Notes under the pieces: model-generated
The model's input: the letters and a program-made list of their open reading frames with translations, nothing else
Database searches by the model: none
Told to the model about the DNA's origin: nothing
In this document: in pieces, positions 26,650 to 38,940 of the stretch
Numbering within the stretch: position 1 is the stretch's first letter
Layout of the letters: every line of letters starts with the position of its first letter
Source of the DNA: Octopus sinensis
Taxonomy: Eukaryota
Direction: 5' to 3'
DNA length: 64,000 nucleotides
Assembly (NCBI RefSeq): GCF_006345805.1
Contig: NC_043015.1
Span: 6,820,001 to 6,884,000 of the forward strand
Program-made: the position numbers and the translations under genes

Positions 26650-27030
26650 CATTTACTTGTTTTAGCCATTAAAGTTCGGTGACTTGACGAATTTTAGTCT
26701 ACGAATCGACTCCAATACTTATTTTTTAAAGACTGGTGCATATTATGTCGGTTTATTTTGCCAAACCGCTAAGTTACGGGAACGTTAACACCCGAATAAA
26801 TTTGTCAAGCAGTAGAGGTAGACACACACACCCATGTGTATGTGTGTGTGTGTGTGTGTTTGTACATATATATATACGACTAGGCTTGTATCGGTTTCCA
26901 TCAACCCCAATCTGCACACAAGAATTTGGCCAACCCGAATCGGAACACAACTACCAAAGGTGAGACGCAGCAGGATCGTACTCGGAACTGTATGATACGG
27001 AAGTAATATTCTTACCACACAACAACACTT
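26650..27030 (-). mobile_element. Degraded family-1 SINE
   Basis: AAACCGCTAAGTTACGGGAACGTTAAC..., internal (TG)n, CGGTTTCCATCAACCC...TTCTTACCACAC. Confidence 0.75.
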
Positions 27031-27413
27031 CGCTTCACACTAAGAAACGTTACACGTTACCAGAACTTTCGACTCGAGTTAAATATAAGAAAATACTCAA
27101 AATCATTGTCGATATGTACGATCCACGTATGTGCAGGCTGAACCGATTAATTTGTACTGGCATCGAGTTATATAATTTGTAATAATGAAGTCAAACAAAA
27201 CTGTAATATTTTGAAATCATCTAAATAAAGTACGTTTCAGATCTGAATGATATTCTCTATTATATTGTACGTAAACTTGAAGTGTATGCATACAATAATT
27301 TCCAAATATCAATATTTGTTTTCACTTCATTATTCCAACACATATATATGTATTAATATCTCTGTCTATGTAATGGTTAAAGGAATTGACCAAACCATAA
27401 CCTACATATTTAA

Positions 27414-27630
27414 GGCGGCAAGCTGGCAGAATCGTTAGCACGCTGGGCGAAATACTTCATAGTAATTCATATGCCGTACATACTGAGTTCACATTCCACC
27501 GAGGTCAACTTTGCTTTCATCCTCTCGGGGTCGATAAATTAAGTACCAGTTGAATACTAGGGTTGATCTAATCGTCTGCCCCCACCTCCACCAAAATTTG
27601 GGGCCTTGTGCCTAGCGTAGAAAAGAATAT
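27414..27630 (+). mobile_element. Family-2 SINE with tail B
   Basis: GGCGGCAAGCTGGCAGAATCGTTAGCACGCTGGGCGAAAT...GAGGTCAACTTTGCTTTCATCCTCTCGGGGTCGATAAATTAAGTACC...GGCCTTGTGCCTAGCGTAGAAAAG. Confidence 0.88.
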
Positions 27631-28315
27631 CCTACAGCTTTGTTTAGAATGATATTTGTCTTGTATTAAATTATGTGTAGCTGACATTTCGGTCTAACAA
27701 TTTCTATACCAAACTGAAATTACTAGAATTCTGAAAGTTTCATATTTATGTGCTGGAAAAATATTCATTTGAAAGAAAACTAGACTGTCATTCACATGAA
27801 ATATTTTTGAAATAAACAATGGCACTGGACACATTTTCTTTTCATTTTATTCTTTTGTTATCGACCGCTTAAACCAAAGAGCAGCAGATTCCAGGAGATG
27901 CCAAAAGTTCTGAATCTCCATCGAGATATACATTGCTTTAAATTAGAATATCAGCTGCATAGAAAATTTATTGTCCAAAATTACTGAAACCAATGTTTTA
28001 ACAGAATTTTTTTTTGTATACATTTAAGAATTCATTTAACGTGTAGCGACACAAGTTTTCAAGATGGTCCAACATTTTAACAACCCCTTTTTCCCTCCCT
28101 CTCACATTTAATCTCTGTTTCTCACTCTCTCTCTCTCACCCTCACTTTCCCTCTCTTCCCCCTCTATATATATATATGTTTGTGTATATATGTACAGATA
28201 TATATGTATATATATTTATAATTATAAACAAAACCGAGACAACAACTCACTTAATTGTTGATTGATAATGTTAGCAACCATGTGAATGTTATTATTTTTA
28301 CTTTAATTTCAACAG

Positions 28316-28334
28316 AAAGAGGGCGGAGGTCTAA
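28316..28334 (+). CDS. Possible terminal exon start
   Basis: Strong acceptor ttattatttttactttaatttcaacAG. Phase 2 gives KRAEV*; phase 1 gives RGRRSNELKQSIKLSNIHKLSL*. An AT-rich UTR-like region with AATAAA follows. Confidence 0.2.
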
Positions 28335-28975
28335 TGAATTGAAGCAATCCATAAAACTTTCAAATATTCATAAACTTTCATTGTAGTGTGTCTTCCAGAA
28401 GCATTGCTAACATTTTAGATTAGGTTTTAAGTCTGTTATGCAAGTTTTGGGGTATTTTTTCCTTTTTTTTTTCTGATAAGTTTGGTCGATGTTTATCAGA
28501 TATTAAATGGATATTTTTAATTCTCTCATTCTCATTGCCTAGATGTATACTGTCAGTAAAGATTTATTTCTAAAGGCAATACTCAGTATAAAATATTATT
28601 ACAAAATTTTATAACATTTCATTCTTATTTCTCTTCAAGCTTTACAATTGCCATGAGAAATAAATTTAAGATTAGATAAACAAAATCAAAATACATTCTA
28701 CTTAGTTTTCGAATAATGTTTTACAAATTCTAGAAATAAACATTAGATTGCTTTATTTTACGTATACGGTATTTTTTTAAAAATATTTTATTGACTTATA
28801 ATTTATAAAGTTTCAGCTTGTGTAACGGAAATAAATTAAAAATGAGCTCTACATACATACATACATACATATATATATGTGTGTGTTTGTGTGTGTGCTA
28901 ATGTTATGTGCATATATATATATTTAATATAAACACACGTAAAATGTTATGTATGCAGATATATATATATATATT

Positions 28976-29025
<50 letters not shown>

Positions 29026-29143
29026 TGTATTTCATTTGTTTTAAATTAATACTAAACTAATAAATCTCTGTAGTTTCATGCTAAAAGCTGTTGCTCCTTT
29101 TCACATTTAAATATATATGTATGTATATATATATATATATACA

Positions 29144-29175
29144 TACTTAATAAAATTCCACACATACATTCTTAT

Positions 29176-29213
<38 letters not shown>

Positions 29214-29287
29214 AGAATGTATGTGTGGAATTTTATTAAGTACTATATATATATATATATGAATGTATGTGTGGAATTTTATTAAGT
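29144..29287. repeat. Perfect 31-bp inverted repeat around a (TA)n loop plus a third direct copy
   Basis: TACTTAATAAAATTCCACACATACATTCTTA (29144-29174) and its exact reverse complement (29212-29242); 27 bp are repeated again at 29261-29287. Confidence 0.93.
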
Positions 29288-30407
29288 TTTAATGTTATAG
29301 TCACAACAAGACAACGAACCCGAACATGCCTCTTCTACAAATACGTGTTCTGGGATTGGTAAGCATTTCGAATTTAGTTCTTATCAGACGCTGAAAATCT
29401 GTGTTGAAGTCAAACAGAATATAAAGTTTGTGCTAGAAGTGGATACGCAGAATGCGTAGGAAAAGAAACGGGAATATCCGAAAATTTGAGAAAGCAACAA
29501 CAAATCAGAATTAAAAAAATTGTGGGGTGAAGAGAGAATAAGAATCCAAGACTCTCTAAGTAAATATTCTTTCTTCTCCTGTTTCTAGAAGAAATTCGTT
29601 TTGGTAAACTGCATTGATAACAATAAGCTTCATCTAAGCTAGAGGAAGAAAAATATATTTTCTGATTCCTTACCCAGTGAATCGAGAAAACGAAAAGTCT
29701 TCTAGAATTTATTATCGAAGAATCCAAGGATATTCGCGTAGGCAGATTGTGAAGGAACTGTGATGTTGCACCAAGTCACGCGGTTATCACTTCTCGGGCG
29801 GATGTATACTTTTGCTAATCGACTGTGATAATGAGTTAAGTTGGTGTATTTGTTTAGTCAAGGAGCCTCAAAACCCATCTCTCTCACTGTGTATGAGAGA
29901 GAGAGAGAGAGAGAGAGAGAGGCAGAGAGAAATAAAGAAGAAAGAAAGAAAGAAAGAAAGAACGAAAGGAATAGAAGAAAAGTAATGCGTGTACCTGCAA
30001 TAGTGTGTTTGCGTGATAGGTATATGATGTTCTAAGCGCGCACATATGATGGTATGGTGTTTTCTGACTCACCTGTGTCATGCGCTATTTCTGTCTTTCC
30101 AGGCAATGAAATTTCCTATCTAAACAGTCTTCCCCAAGTCAAATACTCTTATCTTAAATATTATATTTCCGCGTTCAAAGCACTGTATATCCGTAAACTA
30201 TTTCACCTTCGAAGTTTGTATTAATAATCTAACTTCTCGCTTAATTTACAAAACAAAACGAAACATTTCCCCCAACTAATATTTAGTCATACATACTATC
30301 CAATTCTATAACCTTGTATTAAAATAAGAAACGATCTCTTTTCTATATTATCTTTCGGTGAGGGCATTATTTTACATATATTTTTGTCCTTGTTCTTATT
30401 ATTATCA

Positions 30408-31180
30408 TCGAGCTGACAGAATCCTTATCATGCCGGGCGAAATGCTTAGCGGTATTTCATCTGCCGTTACGTTCTGAGTTCAAATTCCGCTAGGCCGACT
30501 TTGCCTTTCATCCTTTCGGGGTCGATAAATTAAGTACCAGTTACGCACTGGGGTCGATATAATTGATTTAATCCGCTGGTCTATCCTTGTTTGTCCTCTC
30601 TGTGTATATCCCCTTGTGGGTAGTAAAGCAATAGGTATTTCTTCAGTCCTTACGTTCTAAGTTCAAATTTCGTCGAGGTCGACTTTGCCTTTCACCCTCT
30701 CGGGGTCGATAAATTGAGTACCAGTTACGCACTGGGGTCGCTATAATCGATTTAATCCGTTTGTCTGTCCTTGTTTGTCCCCTCTGTGTTTAGCCCCTTG
30801 TGGGTAGTAAAGAAATAGGTATTTCTTAGTCCTCACGTTCTAAGCTTCGTCGAGGTCGATTTTGCCTTTCACTCCGTCGGGGACGATAAAATCAGTAATA
30901 TTTCAGTACTTGGGTCGGTGTAATCGACTTTCCCTCTTCCCCGAAATTGCTTGCCTAGTGCTAAAATTTGCAAATTAGCATAATTGTTAGCAAGCCGGGA
31001 GAAATGCATAGCGGCATTTTGTCCGTCTTTACGTTCTGAGTTCAAATTCTTCCGAGGTCGACTTTGCCTTTCATCCTTTCGGTAGCGGAAACTTAAGCAC
31101 CAGCGAAACACTGGGTGTCATGAAATAGGCTACCCTCTCCCCCAAAACTTCAGGCCTTGTGCCTTTAGTACAAAGGATCA
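30408..31180 (+). mobile_element. Tandem array of family-2 SINE units (head-core-A, core-A, core-B, then a separate head-core-B copy)
   Basis: The core GAGGTCGACTTTGCCTTTCA.CC.TCGGGGTCGATAAA occurs four times. Junctions AAAG(A/C)AATA-GGTATTTC at 30634 and 30818 give a 184-bp period. Confidence 0.9.
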
Positions 31181-31227
31181 TCACCATCATCAAAATTATT
31201 ATTATCATTATTATTATTATTATTATT

Positions 31228-31625
31228 GAATTAGAGAGCAGTGCATGCCATCAGAGTAACACTTGGGTAAAATATACGAAGCCCATTATACCCATCATGA
31301 TTCCCCGTCTGATAAGGGTACACCAGGCACATGCATCACAACCATATGTGCGCCACATGGTGATCTCATATCAAGATAATCAGCACATGACCTTGCAGGT
31401 GGGGCCCAGTTAGAATTTTCTACTGGTCGAGTAACCCACCCCGCTCAAAACGTCCCTGAATAAGGGTTGTTTAAGGATGTTGAACGAAACACCCATGTTT
31501 CCAGGGGTGAATTATTCAAACCCCTAAGAATTCCTCTCAGCACATGGCTGCGATGCTCCCCCACTACTTCAGCTCGTGATCAGAGATGCACATATCGTCA
31601 GTCACTAAGAGACATGCTCAACTGG

Positions 31626-31627
<2 letters not shown>
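31228..31627 (-). mobile_element. Unclassified ~400-bp retroposon fragment embedded in (TTA)n
   Basis: A GC-richer unique-looking block bounded directly by (TTA)n on both sides. The reverse strand ends ...GATGGCATGCACTGCTCTCTAATTC(AAT)n like a retroposon tail. The family assignment is from recall only. Confidence 0.55.
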
Positions 31628-31664
<37 letters not shown>

Positions 31665-31830
31665 AGTGAGCTAGCAGAATCTTTAGTACTTCGAGCGAAA
31701 TGCTTTCCTCCATCTTTATGTTCTGAATTCAAATTCTGGCGAGCTTGACTTTCCTTTTCATCCTTTCGGGGTCGATAAATGAAGTACCTATCCCCTCCCT
31801 CATATATCAGGCTTTGTTTCTATAGTAAAA
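31665..31830 (+). mobile_element. Degraded family-2 SINE
   Basis: GAGCTAGCAGAAT...TTCATCCTTTCGGGGTCGATAAATGAAGTACC...GGCTTTGTTTCTATAGTA. Confidence 0.75.
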
Positions 31831-32139
31831 ATTATTATCATTATTGTCGTTTTATTATTATTATTATTATAACTAATTCTATCTCTGCTTTTATCGTCAT
31901 ATATCAATGTCCGTATGTATACAGAATAACTTCGATATTGATACAACAGAGTGGCAATTATGTTGTATCACAGACGTAACATATTTTTCTGAAACATTAA
32001 TGTAAATAAAATTACAAAGTAAATATATATAGGTCAAGAAGCGACAAACTTATCGGAATTATTATAGAATTCATACAGAATAGATGAGAATAGATGTTCA
32101 TGTTTGTCTAACATAAATAAAACTGTGTCGTGTGTTTAT

Positions 32140-32410
32140 ATTTGTTTGTGTGTGTGCGTGTGTGTGTATGCGTGTGTGCGTATATGTGTATGTCTTTGTA
32201 TAAATATATGAATGCATGTATGTATGTAAGTAAGTATGTAAGTAAGTATGTATGTATGTATGTAAGTATGTATGTATGTATGTAAGTATGTATGTATGTA
32301 TGTAAGTACGTATGTAAGTAAGTACGTATGTAAGTATGTATGTAAGTATGTATGTAAGTATGTATGTATGTATGTATGTATGTATGTATGTATGTAGATA
32401 GGTATGTATG
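32140..32410. repeat. (TG)n and (TATG/TAAG)n microsatellite
   Basis: Directly visible. Confidence 0.93.
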
Positions 32411-32904
32411 TCTGAATGTCTGTCTCTTCTGTTTTAATCATTTAAATTCTTCTTCTGAGGGAGTTGGTTTTTAACAAAGATACAAAGCTTCATCTTTGCA
32501 AAGTAGATACTGAAGATAGTGTCATATTTTGAATATGAGAAAAGTTATGCAAGTTCTCTTCTGCTTACAGATTCTACATATATTGTACGAATCGGTTGAT
32601 TTCTTCATCTGAAATACTAGGCTCTCCATAGTGACAGTTAGGCATTTATTTACTAAACCAAGTAATTATTATTGGTATAAATGAAAATTTGTAATCCAGA
32701 TATAGAAGCTGGAGATTCCAAAGCAGCCATCCTTAGTTGTCTCTTTTCTTTTTAATTTTCAGAGAGATGTTTACATCAGCAGAACAGCTGACGGTACATA
32801 CTTTTTCTTCTTTATCCCAAACAATAATATCCGTCTTGTTATACTTACACTTGATAGATGCTTTGATGGGAATATTCCACCAGTGTTCCTTTAGCAGTAT
32901 TCCT

Positions 32905-33132
32905 TATGTATGTATGTAATTCGGCAGGAGGGCTTAAACGACATGCAAATGTACATGAAGCTCAGTTACAAATACTGCCGGCTATTACCGGTAAAGGTTT
33001 TTAGTTGCCAATTCTGTACAAGGCATTGTAGATCTTTAGCTGGGCTAAAACGTCACATTCGATCACAGCACCAATAACAGTTAAGCTTCGTGCAATGGCC
33101 ATACTCTATAACGAGGGGGCAGCCATAATAAC
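32905..33132 (+). mobile_element. 3' end of an RTE-type LINE with two C2H2 zinc fingers
   Basis: CNSAGGLKRHANVH (from 32915) and, frameshifted, FSCQFCTRHCRSLAGLKRHIRSQHQ* (33000-33077). These are followed by GCAATGGCCATACTC...ACGAGGGGGCAGCCATAATAA, an RTE-style 3' UTR and short tail. Confidence 0.7.
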
Positions 33133-33544
33133 GTATGTATGTATGCATGCATTCATGTATGTGTGCAAAATTGAAGACATATTACCAATACCAGAATCAA
33201 AATAAAAGTTATAACGATGTAACAGAATGCACTGGAGAATTTAAAAAGAAAGGGAAATGGTAAAATGAAAGCAATGAAAAATATATCTCAATCTAACTCT
33301 AGCCATGTCATGCTATCATATTAACGATATATGAGAGTTAGCACATTGATTATACATGGTTATCTACTCTAATATTGCTTCTGCTGCTCATTGCGAAGTT
33401 TTCTTCGGCCGGTCAGCCGTTTGCAACAAAAGTAATCGTTCACTTTATAGGAAGCATGCCGTTGCTCGTGAATATACGTCACTGAGAAGGTCCAAACCGC
33501 AGCAATGCATCTTATGTTCTTGCTATACTGTTGCTGGGCCGTTA

Positions 33545-33589
<45 letters not shown>

Positions 33590-33908
33590 TTCTACTCTAG
33601 GCACAAGGTACGAAATTAGAGGGGTAGGGGACCAGACGATTAGATCGATCTCAGTACGCAACTGGTACTTAATGTATCGACTCCGAAAGGATGAAAGGCA
33701 AAGTCGAAATTGGAACTCAGAACGTTAAGACAGACTAAATACCTATTTCTTTACTACCCACAAGGGGATAAACACAGAGAGGACAAATAAGGACAGACAG
33801 ACGGATTAAGTCGATTACATCGACCGCGGTGTGTAACTGGTACTTAATTTATCGACCCCGAAAGGATGAAAGGCAAAGTCGACCTCGGCGGAATTTGAAC
33901 TTAGAACG
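33590..33908 (-). mobile_element. Family-2 SINE dimer (core-A + core-B)
   Basis: Two cores joined by the same AAAGAAATA-GGTATTT junction (33737-33752, reverse) as in the 30.4-31.2 kb array. Confidence 0.88.
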
Positions 33909-33910
33909 TG

Positions 33911-33959
<49 letters not shown>

Positions 33960-35477
33960 GATACATACATATATATGTATGTGTGTGTGAGTATTACTTA
34001 TGATATATGACATACCTATTTATTTGTTTATGTGTATATAAACGTGTGTACGTAATTAATACTTTCCAGAAACTTTGGAACGTGAAATTAAGTATTAAAC
34101 ACTTATAGAAGGAACAGCAGTGAACAGATATTGTAATCTGAATATATCTAAATACTTAGGCAAGATATTGCATTTACAAACATATTCAATATTCTTACTC
34201 TTTAGAAAATTGAAGCTAAATACTAGATTCAGACAGAGATAGCACACTCTGATATCTCTAATATATCATTTACTATAAAACCATTTTCCTCTGAGACGAA
34301 CAGGAAGGTCACATCTACGACATGTCTACGTAAATTGCAGCCCGCAAGTATAATCTCTAACATAGTTATTCATTCTGTCTTTTATATTGATATCAATCAT
34401 CTCAGATGTCTACTCGATTTGACAAATTTTACTTAAGTCTAACCTAAACCATATATTTAATCAGAAATGTCGGTGGACTTTGATTCACTTCCTAATTAGC
34501 CGTATGAATAATGTGTTTGGTCAAAGATCTTAAGCGTTTATATGAGAAAGAAAAGCTAATGGAAAGAGCCATTTAATATTTTCGGAATTTCTCTCCACAA
34601 TATTCAAAGAATCAATGTGGTAACCATATTTGTCAATGAAAATGTCGTCTCCATCATTTCAGAGAGGATTGATGTTTCTCAGCGTACATTTACAAATAAA
34701 ATATGTTAGGAATATTAAAACATTTCTCTCACTTATTCCTTCTCTCTCCTCCTCTTCGCTGTCTTTCAGTTGGTGTCTTTTTCACTCTCAATATTTCTCG
34801 CTTCATGTGACTCCCGAAATGAACACACATGGACGCATATATGCAAGCTGATTGAAAAATATGCGCATAAATGCATATATCTTTATATTTATACAACTAG
34901 ATTAGGTAAAAGAATGGCTAAATTTCTGAAAGTTTTGATTCTTATGCTTGTTCTGTCAGACTTAACCTGAAACTAAAATCACTAATCGTAATCATTTCGC
35001 TTTTTAAATTTTACTTAATTTATTCTTACTATCATTATTACTACTATAAAGGCGGTTAACTGGAGGAATTGTTACCATGCAGAATAAAGAGATTAGGAGA
35101 ATTTCTTCCTATATTTTCGTTCAAAGTTCAAATTCCGCCGTGATAGATTTATAATCATGACTGATATAATTAATCTTCAATACCTCAAAAACTTGTAATT
35201 CTAATTTTCTGTCACTTCCTATGGTTTCAAAGCCCCACACTCGGCTAACATCCCAACGCACTCTTCTGCCTACACAATCGTGCTTACACTTATACTCATC
35301 TTGTTCTATTATATTGTACACACAGACAAAAGCGGATTAGTACTTTCGTCTCCTTTCCTGCAGATTCTAAATTTTCTAAATTTTGTTGGTCTTCGCCTTT
35401 ATTAGATTCGTTCTAAAGGCTTGTTCCTGAGCGGCTATAATCAACGTTTTTGTCCTCGTTTCAAGGTCCCAAACGAC

Positions 35478-35660
35478 AACTGTTTAGCAGTATTTCGTCT
35501 GTCACTACGATCTGAACTCACATTCCGCCGAGGTCGACTTTGCCTTTCATCCTTTCGAAGTCGATGGATTAAGCACCAGACAAGTACCGGGGTCGATGTA
35601 ATCGATTGTCTCCCTCCCAACAAAAATCCAGGCCTTATACCTATAGCAGAGAGTACTATA
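35478..35660 (+). mobile_element. Family-2 SINE, tail B
   Basis: CCGCCGAGGTCGACTTTGCCTTTCATCCTTTCGAAGTCGAT...CAGGCCTTATACCTATAGCAG, then (TTA)n. Confidence 0.82.
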
Positions 35661-35879
35661 TTCTTCTTCTTCTTATTATTATTATTACTATTATTATTAT
35701 TATTATTACACTTCTTACAGGTTGGGTGAAATTCTACTGCATCATTTGCTACACCGCCATGTTGCTGACATGTGTTTAGCGTTGATTTCATTTGTCTGTT
35801 TCTTCCTGCTTTTGTTTCTTCGAAAATACAATATCTTCCCGGTATTGTATTGCATCAACATGTATTTTATAGGCTTTGA

Positions 35880-36027
35880 TTTCAGGTCGACTTTGCCTTT
35901 CATCCTTTCGGGGTCGATAAATTAAGTACCAGTTACGCACTAGGATCGATGTAATCGACTTAATCCCTTTGCCTGTCCTTGTTTGTCCTCTCTGTGTTTA
36001 GTCCCTTGTGGGTAATAAAGAAATAGG
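35880..36027 (+). mobile_element. Family-2 SINE, 5'-truncated, tail A
   Basis: AGGTCGACTTTGCCTTTCATCCTTTCGGGGTCGATAAATTAAGTACCAGTTACGCAC...GTGGGTAATAAAGAAATAGG. Confidence 0.88.
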
Positions 36028-37799
36028 TTTCAGTCATCGCTTGTATTAATTTTAGTACTGAGTGCTGTGCGTATGATGGGGATTGCGTTCTTCTGTTGGT
36101 ATCGGGCCCATATAGTACATGACGAGGGGTTTGTTCATTTTATGGGAAATTTTCTGTATGAGTTTGTCTGTTTCGGTTTGTCTCATTAGATATATCATTG
36201 GACGTTTGCAACTTCATTTTGTTTTCCTTATATCTTTATTATTTATCATCCATATCTTATATGCTTCTTTTATTAGTCTTGTGTGTTACATTGCAGAATG
36301 CATATATCAGTTCATTATAGTCGTCATCTGTTCATTTTTCTCTTTCAGTTATATTTTTCTTTTGAGCGGTCATTTTCGTTTAAGCAGTCACATTAAGAGG
36401 TGGGCCTGTCTTTACAGCGTTAACGTTTTGACAGAACACTGCTCCTGGACGCGTGACGAGGGTTCTTTCGTATTCGCGACTTACCGTGTTTCAGAGAGCG
36501 AAATTCACTGTTATTCCTTTCTTCTTTGTAACTTATTACTGAGCACAACTGTTCCCTTCCACAGTTTAAAATGAAGTTTGTTGCATTTTTATTAGGGTAA
36601 TGTAAAAACCGTGCGCGGATTTGTTTCGCTTCGGGTATGGAAGCTTGTACATATTCGTGTGAGAATTGTATAAACATTATATTTGTCGATGTTTAAGCGA
36701 GAATCAGCATGTGCATGTCAGTAGAATTGGGAAATTGGAATGCATATGGGATTAGTTAAAATTACCGTTGTTGTTTCTGTTGTTGTGGTTGATATTGTTG
36801 CTGCTGCTACTGCTGTTGCTGCTGCTGTTACTGCTGTTGTTGGTTTTGGCCTTACGTCTCTAATATGTATTTATTTACATATGTAGAATTTCTCATTTCA
36901 GGAGATATTTTCTGTTATATGTGTTAGATCCACTGATTATGTAGATACAATCGTATTATTTCTAAATTCCTCGATATAACGAATCGATGAGATCACTGAT
37001 GAAGAGATACCAAAATCGTTCTGGGTATATCAAAGGTGCCCTATTTAAAATTAACTTACATCTGTTCATGGAACCAGTTACATCTGGGAACACAGAATTA
37101 CCTAGAACCCTGATTAGCATGAAACACACAGAATACTACTAACCACAGATTTGTTCCACCATCAACTACATTTCGTCTTTCATACAAACTATCGAATTTT
37201 CGTTCTCGACGCTTTCAAGATACCCGACTATCTATTATTGCAATTTATCTTACAAATGTTCGTATAATTTATTGTGCGAATATTCGTCTGTGAGATATCG
37301 AAAACGGAAAAGAGTTTAATTTAAAAGTAAGACTTGTCATTTCAAATTGAATTGTGATATATCTTAGCGTTATTATAATTATAGGAAGTCGATTGCTTCT
37401 AGACTTGATGCCAACTGAATTGTCATGTCTCTTTATCCTAAAATTTATTTGTGATTTTTGTTACAAAAGAACACAGTCGACTGTAAAGGAGAACGGATAG
37501 ATTAAAAGGAAATAAAGAAGAAGGACAAGAACTACAGTTACAATACGAAAGAATAGGAAGGATAAGGACTAGAATAATTTGTAAAAAGACTGAGATATAA
37601 GATAGCAGAAAAAATTTGAGATAATAGGCCGGCAGGTGAAGTAAGACAAGAGACTAAAGATTCTGAAAAAAAATCAAGTCAAAACAAAAATAGGTGAAAT
37701 GGTGTTGATAAAAATGATGATGTTCGTGATAAAGATAATAGAGATGTTGATAAAGTCAGTAGGGTTGAGGATGAGTGTGATTATTGTGGTTGAAGAAAC

Positions 37800-38385
37800 G
37801 AATTTTTTTTTTTTAAATGCCTGATTAAAAAGTGAAAAATAATTAAGGAAAACTTGATGGAGAGAAGAAAAGGTGAGCAGAAGACGAAGGAAACAAAGGA
37901 CAAAAAAAGGTGTAGAGACGGTAAAAATGGAAGAAGAACAGATGAGGAGGAGGAGAAGTAGGAAAAACAACCTCAACAAGAACAGAATGTGGATGAGTAT
38001 GGCTAGATAATAAAGAAATAGAAGAATGGGGAGGTGGGGAGGAGGGGCGGTGATGAAAATGAGGACGTGGACATGGAAGAGGAGGGAGAAGCAAAGAAAC
38101 TGAAAGTGAAATTGGCAGCAGCAGCAGCAGAAGAAAAAGAAGAAGGAAGAGGAGGAGAAGGAGGAGAAGAAGAAGAAGAGGAGAAAAAGTAGGAGAAGGA
38201 GAAGGAGAAGGAGAAAAAGAAGAAAGAGAAGAAAAAGAAGAAGAAGAAGGAGGAGAGGAGAAGAAGAAGAAGAAGAAGAAGAAGGAGGAGAAGAAGAATA
38301 AGAAGAAGAAGGAGGAGAAGGAGAAGAAGAAGAAGAAGAAGAAGAGAAGAAGAAGAACGAGGAGGAGAAGAAGTAGAAGGAGGGT
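37800..38385. repeat. Purine-rich (GAA/GGA)n low-complexity tract
   Basis: Directly visible. It explains the 250-aa and 185-aa minus-strand ORFs. Confidence 0.9.
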
Positions 38386-38668
38386 TGATTTGTAAAACAA
38401 TTGATAGGATCAGTAGTAATCGACATGTTAATAGTTAACCGAGAATTAAAGATATTTCAATGAGAGATATTATGGTAAAGATATCATCGTGATATAAACA
38501 GAGGGAGGTCTAAACAATGAAACTGAGTAATTTGTTGTTGTCAACGATAAAGACGTAACTAATGTTATACTACTTATCGTGCAAAGGCGTGATGTATTCT
38601 ACACTGTGCACACGCACGCACACGCACAAACCTGCACACGCGTCAATAGTGCGGTTTTGGTGACACCT

Positions 38669-38874
38669 CTTTACTCTTTACTCGTTTACTTGTCTCAGTC
38701 ATTTTCACTGCGGCCATGCTGGAGCACCGCCTTTAGTCGAGCCAATCGACATCCAAGACTTATTATTTTTAAACTTAGTACTCATTCTATCGGTGTCTAT
38801 TGCTGAACCGCTAAGTTACGGGGACGTAAACACACCAGCATCGGTTGTCAAACGATGTGGGGGACATATATATA

Positions 38875-38940
<66 letters not shown>

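Noticed and set aside
29410-29727. 105-aa minus-strand ORF, possible transposase relic
   Set aside because: No DDE or mariner motifs could be confirmed in any frame.
30101-30222. Strong + acceptor followed by an LRR-looking frame (NEISYLNSLPQVKYSYLKYYISAFKAL...), and a strong minus-strand donor at 30070
   Set aside because: LRR spacing is off, AT-rich DNA gives L/I/Y/K-rich frames by chance, and the signals on the two strands conflict.
30408-31180. Regularly spaced repeats resembling a CRISPR or satellite array
   Set aside because: Units are ~184-bp SINE segments without unique spacers, in a eukaryotic context with no cas genes.
35135-35330. Minus-strand ORF faintly like a GIY-YIG C-terminus
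   Set aside because: The catalytic motifs are absent; insufficient evidence.
37674-38426. 250-aa and 185-aa minus-strand ORFs, plus the F/L/S ORFs at 1386-1831
   Set aside because: Antisense translation of purine-rich or pyrimidine-rich low-complexity tracts.
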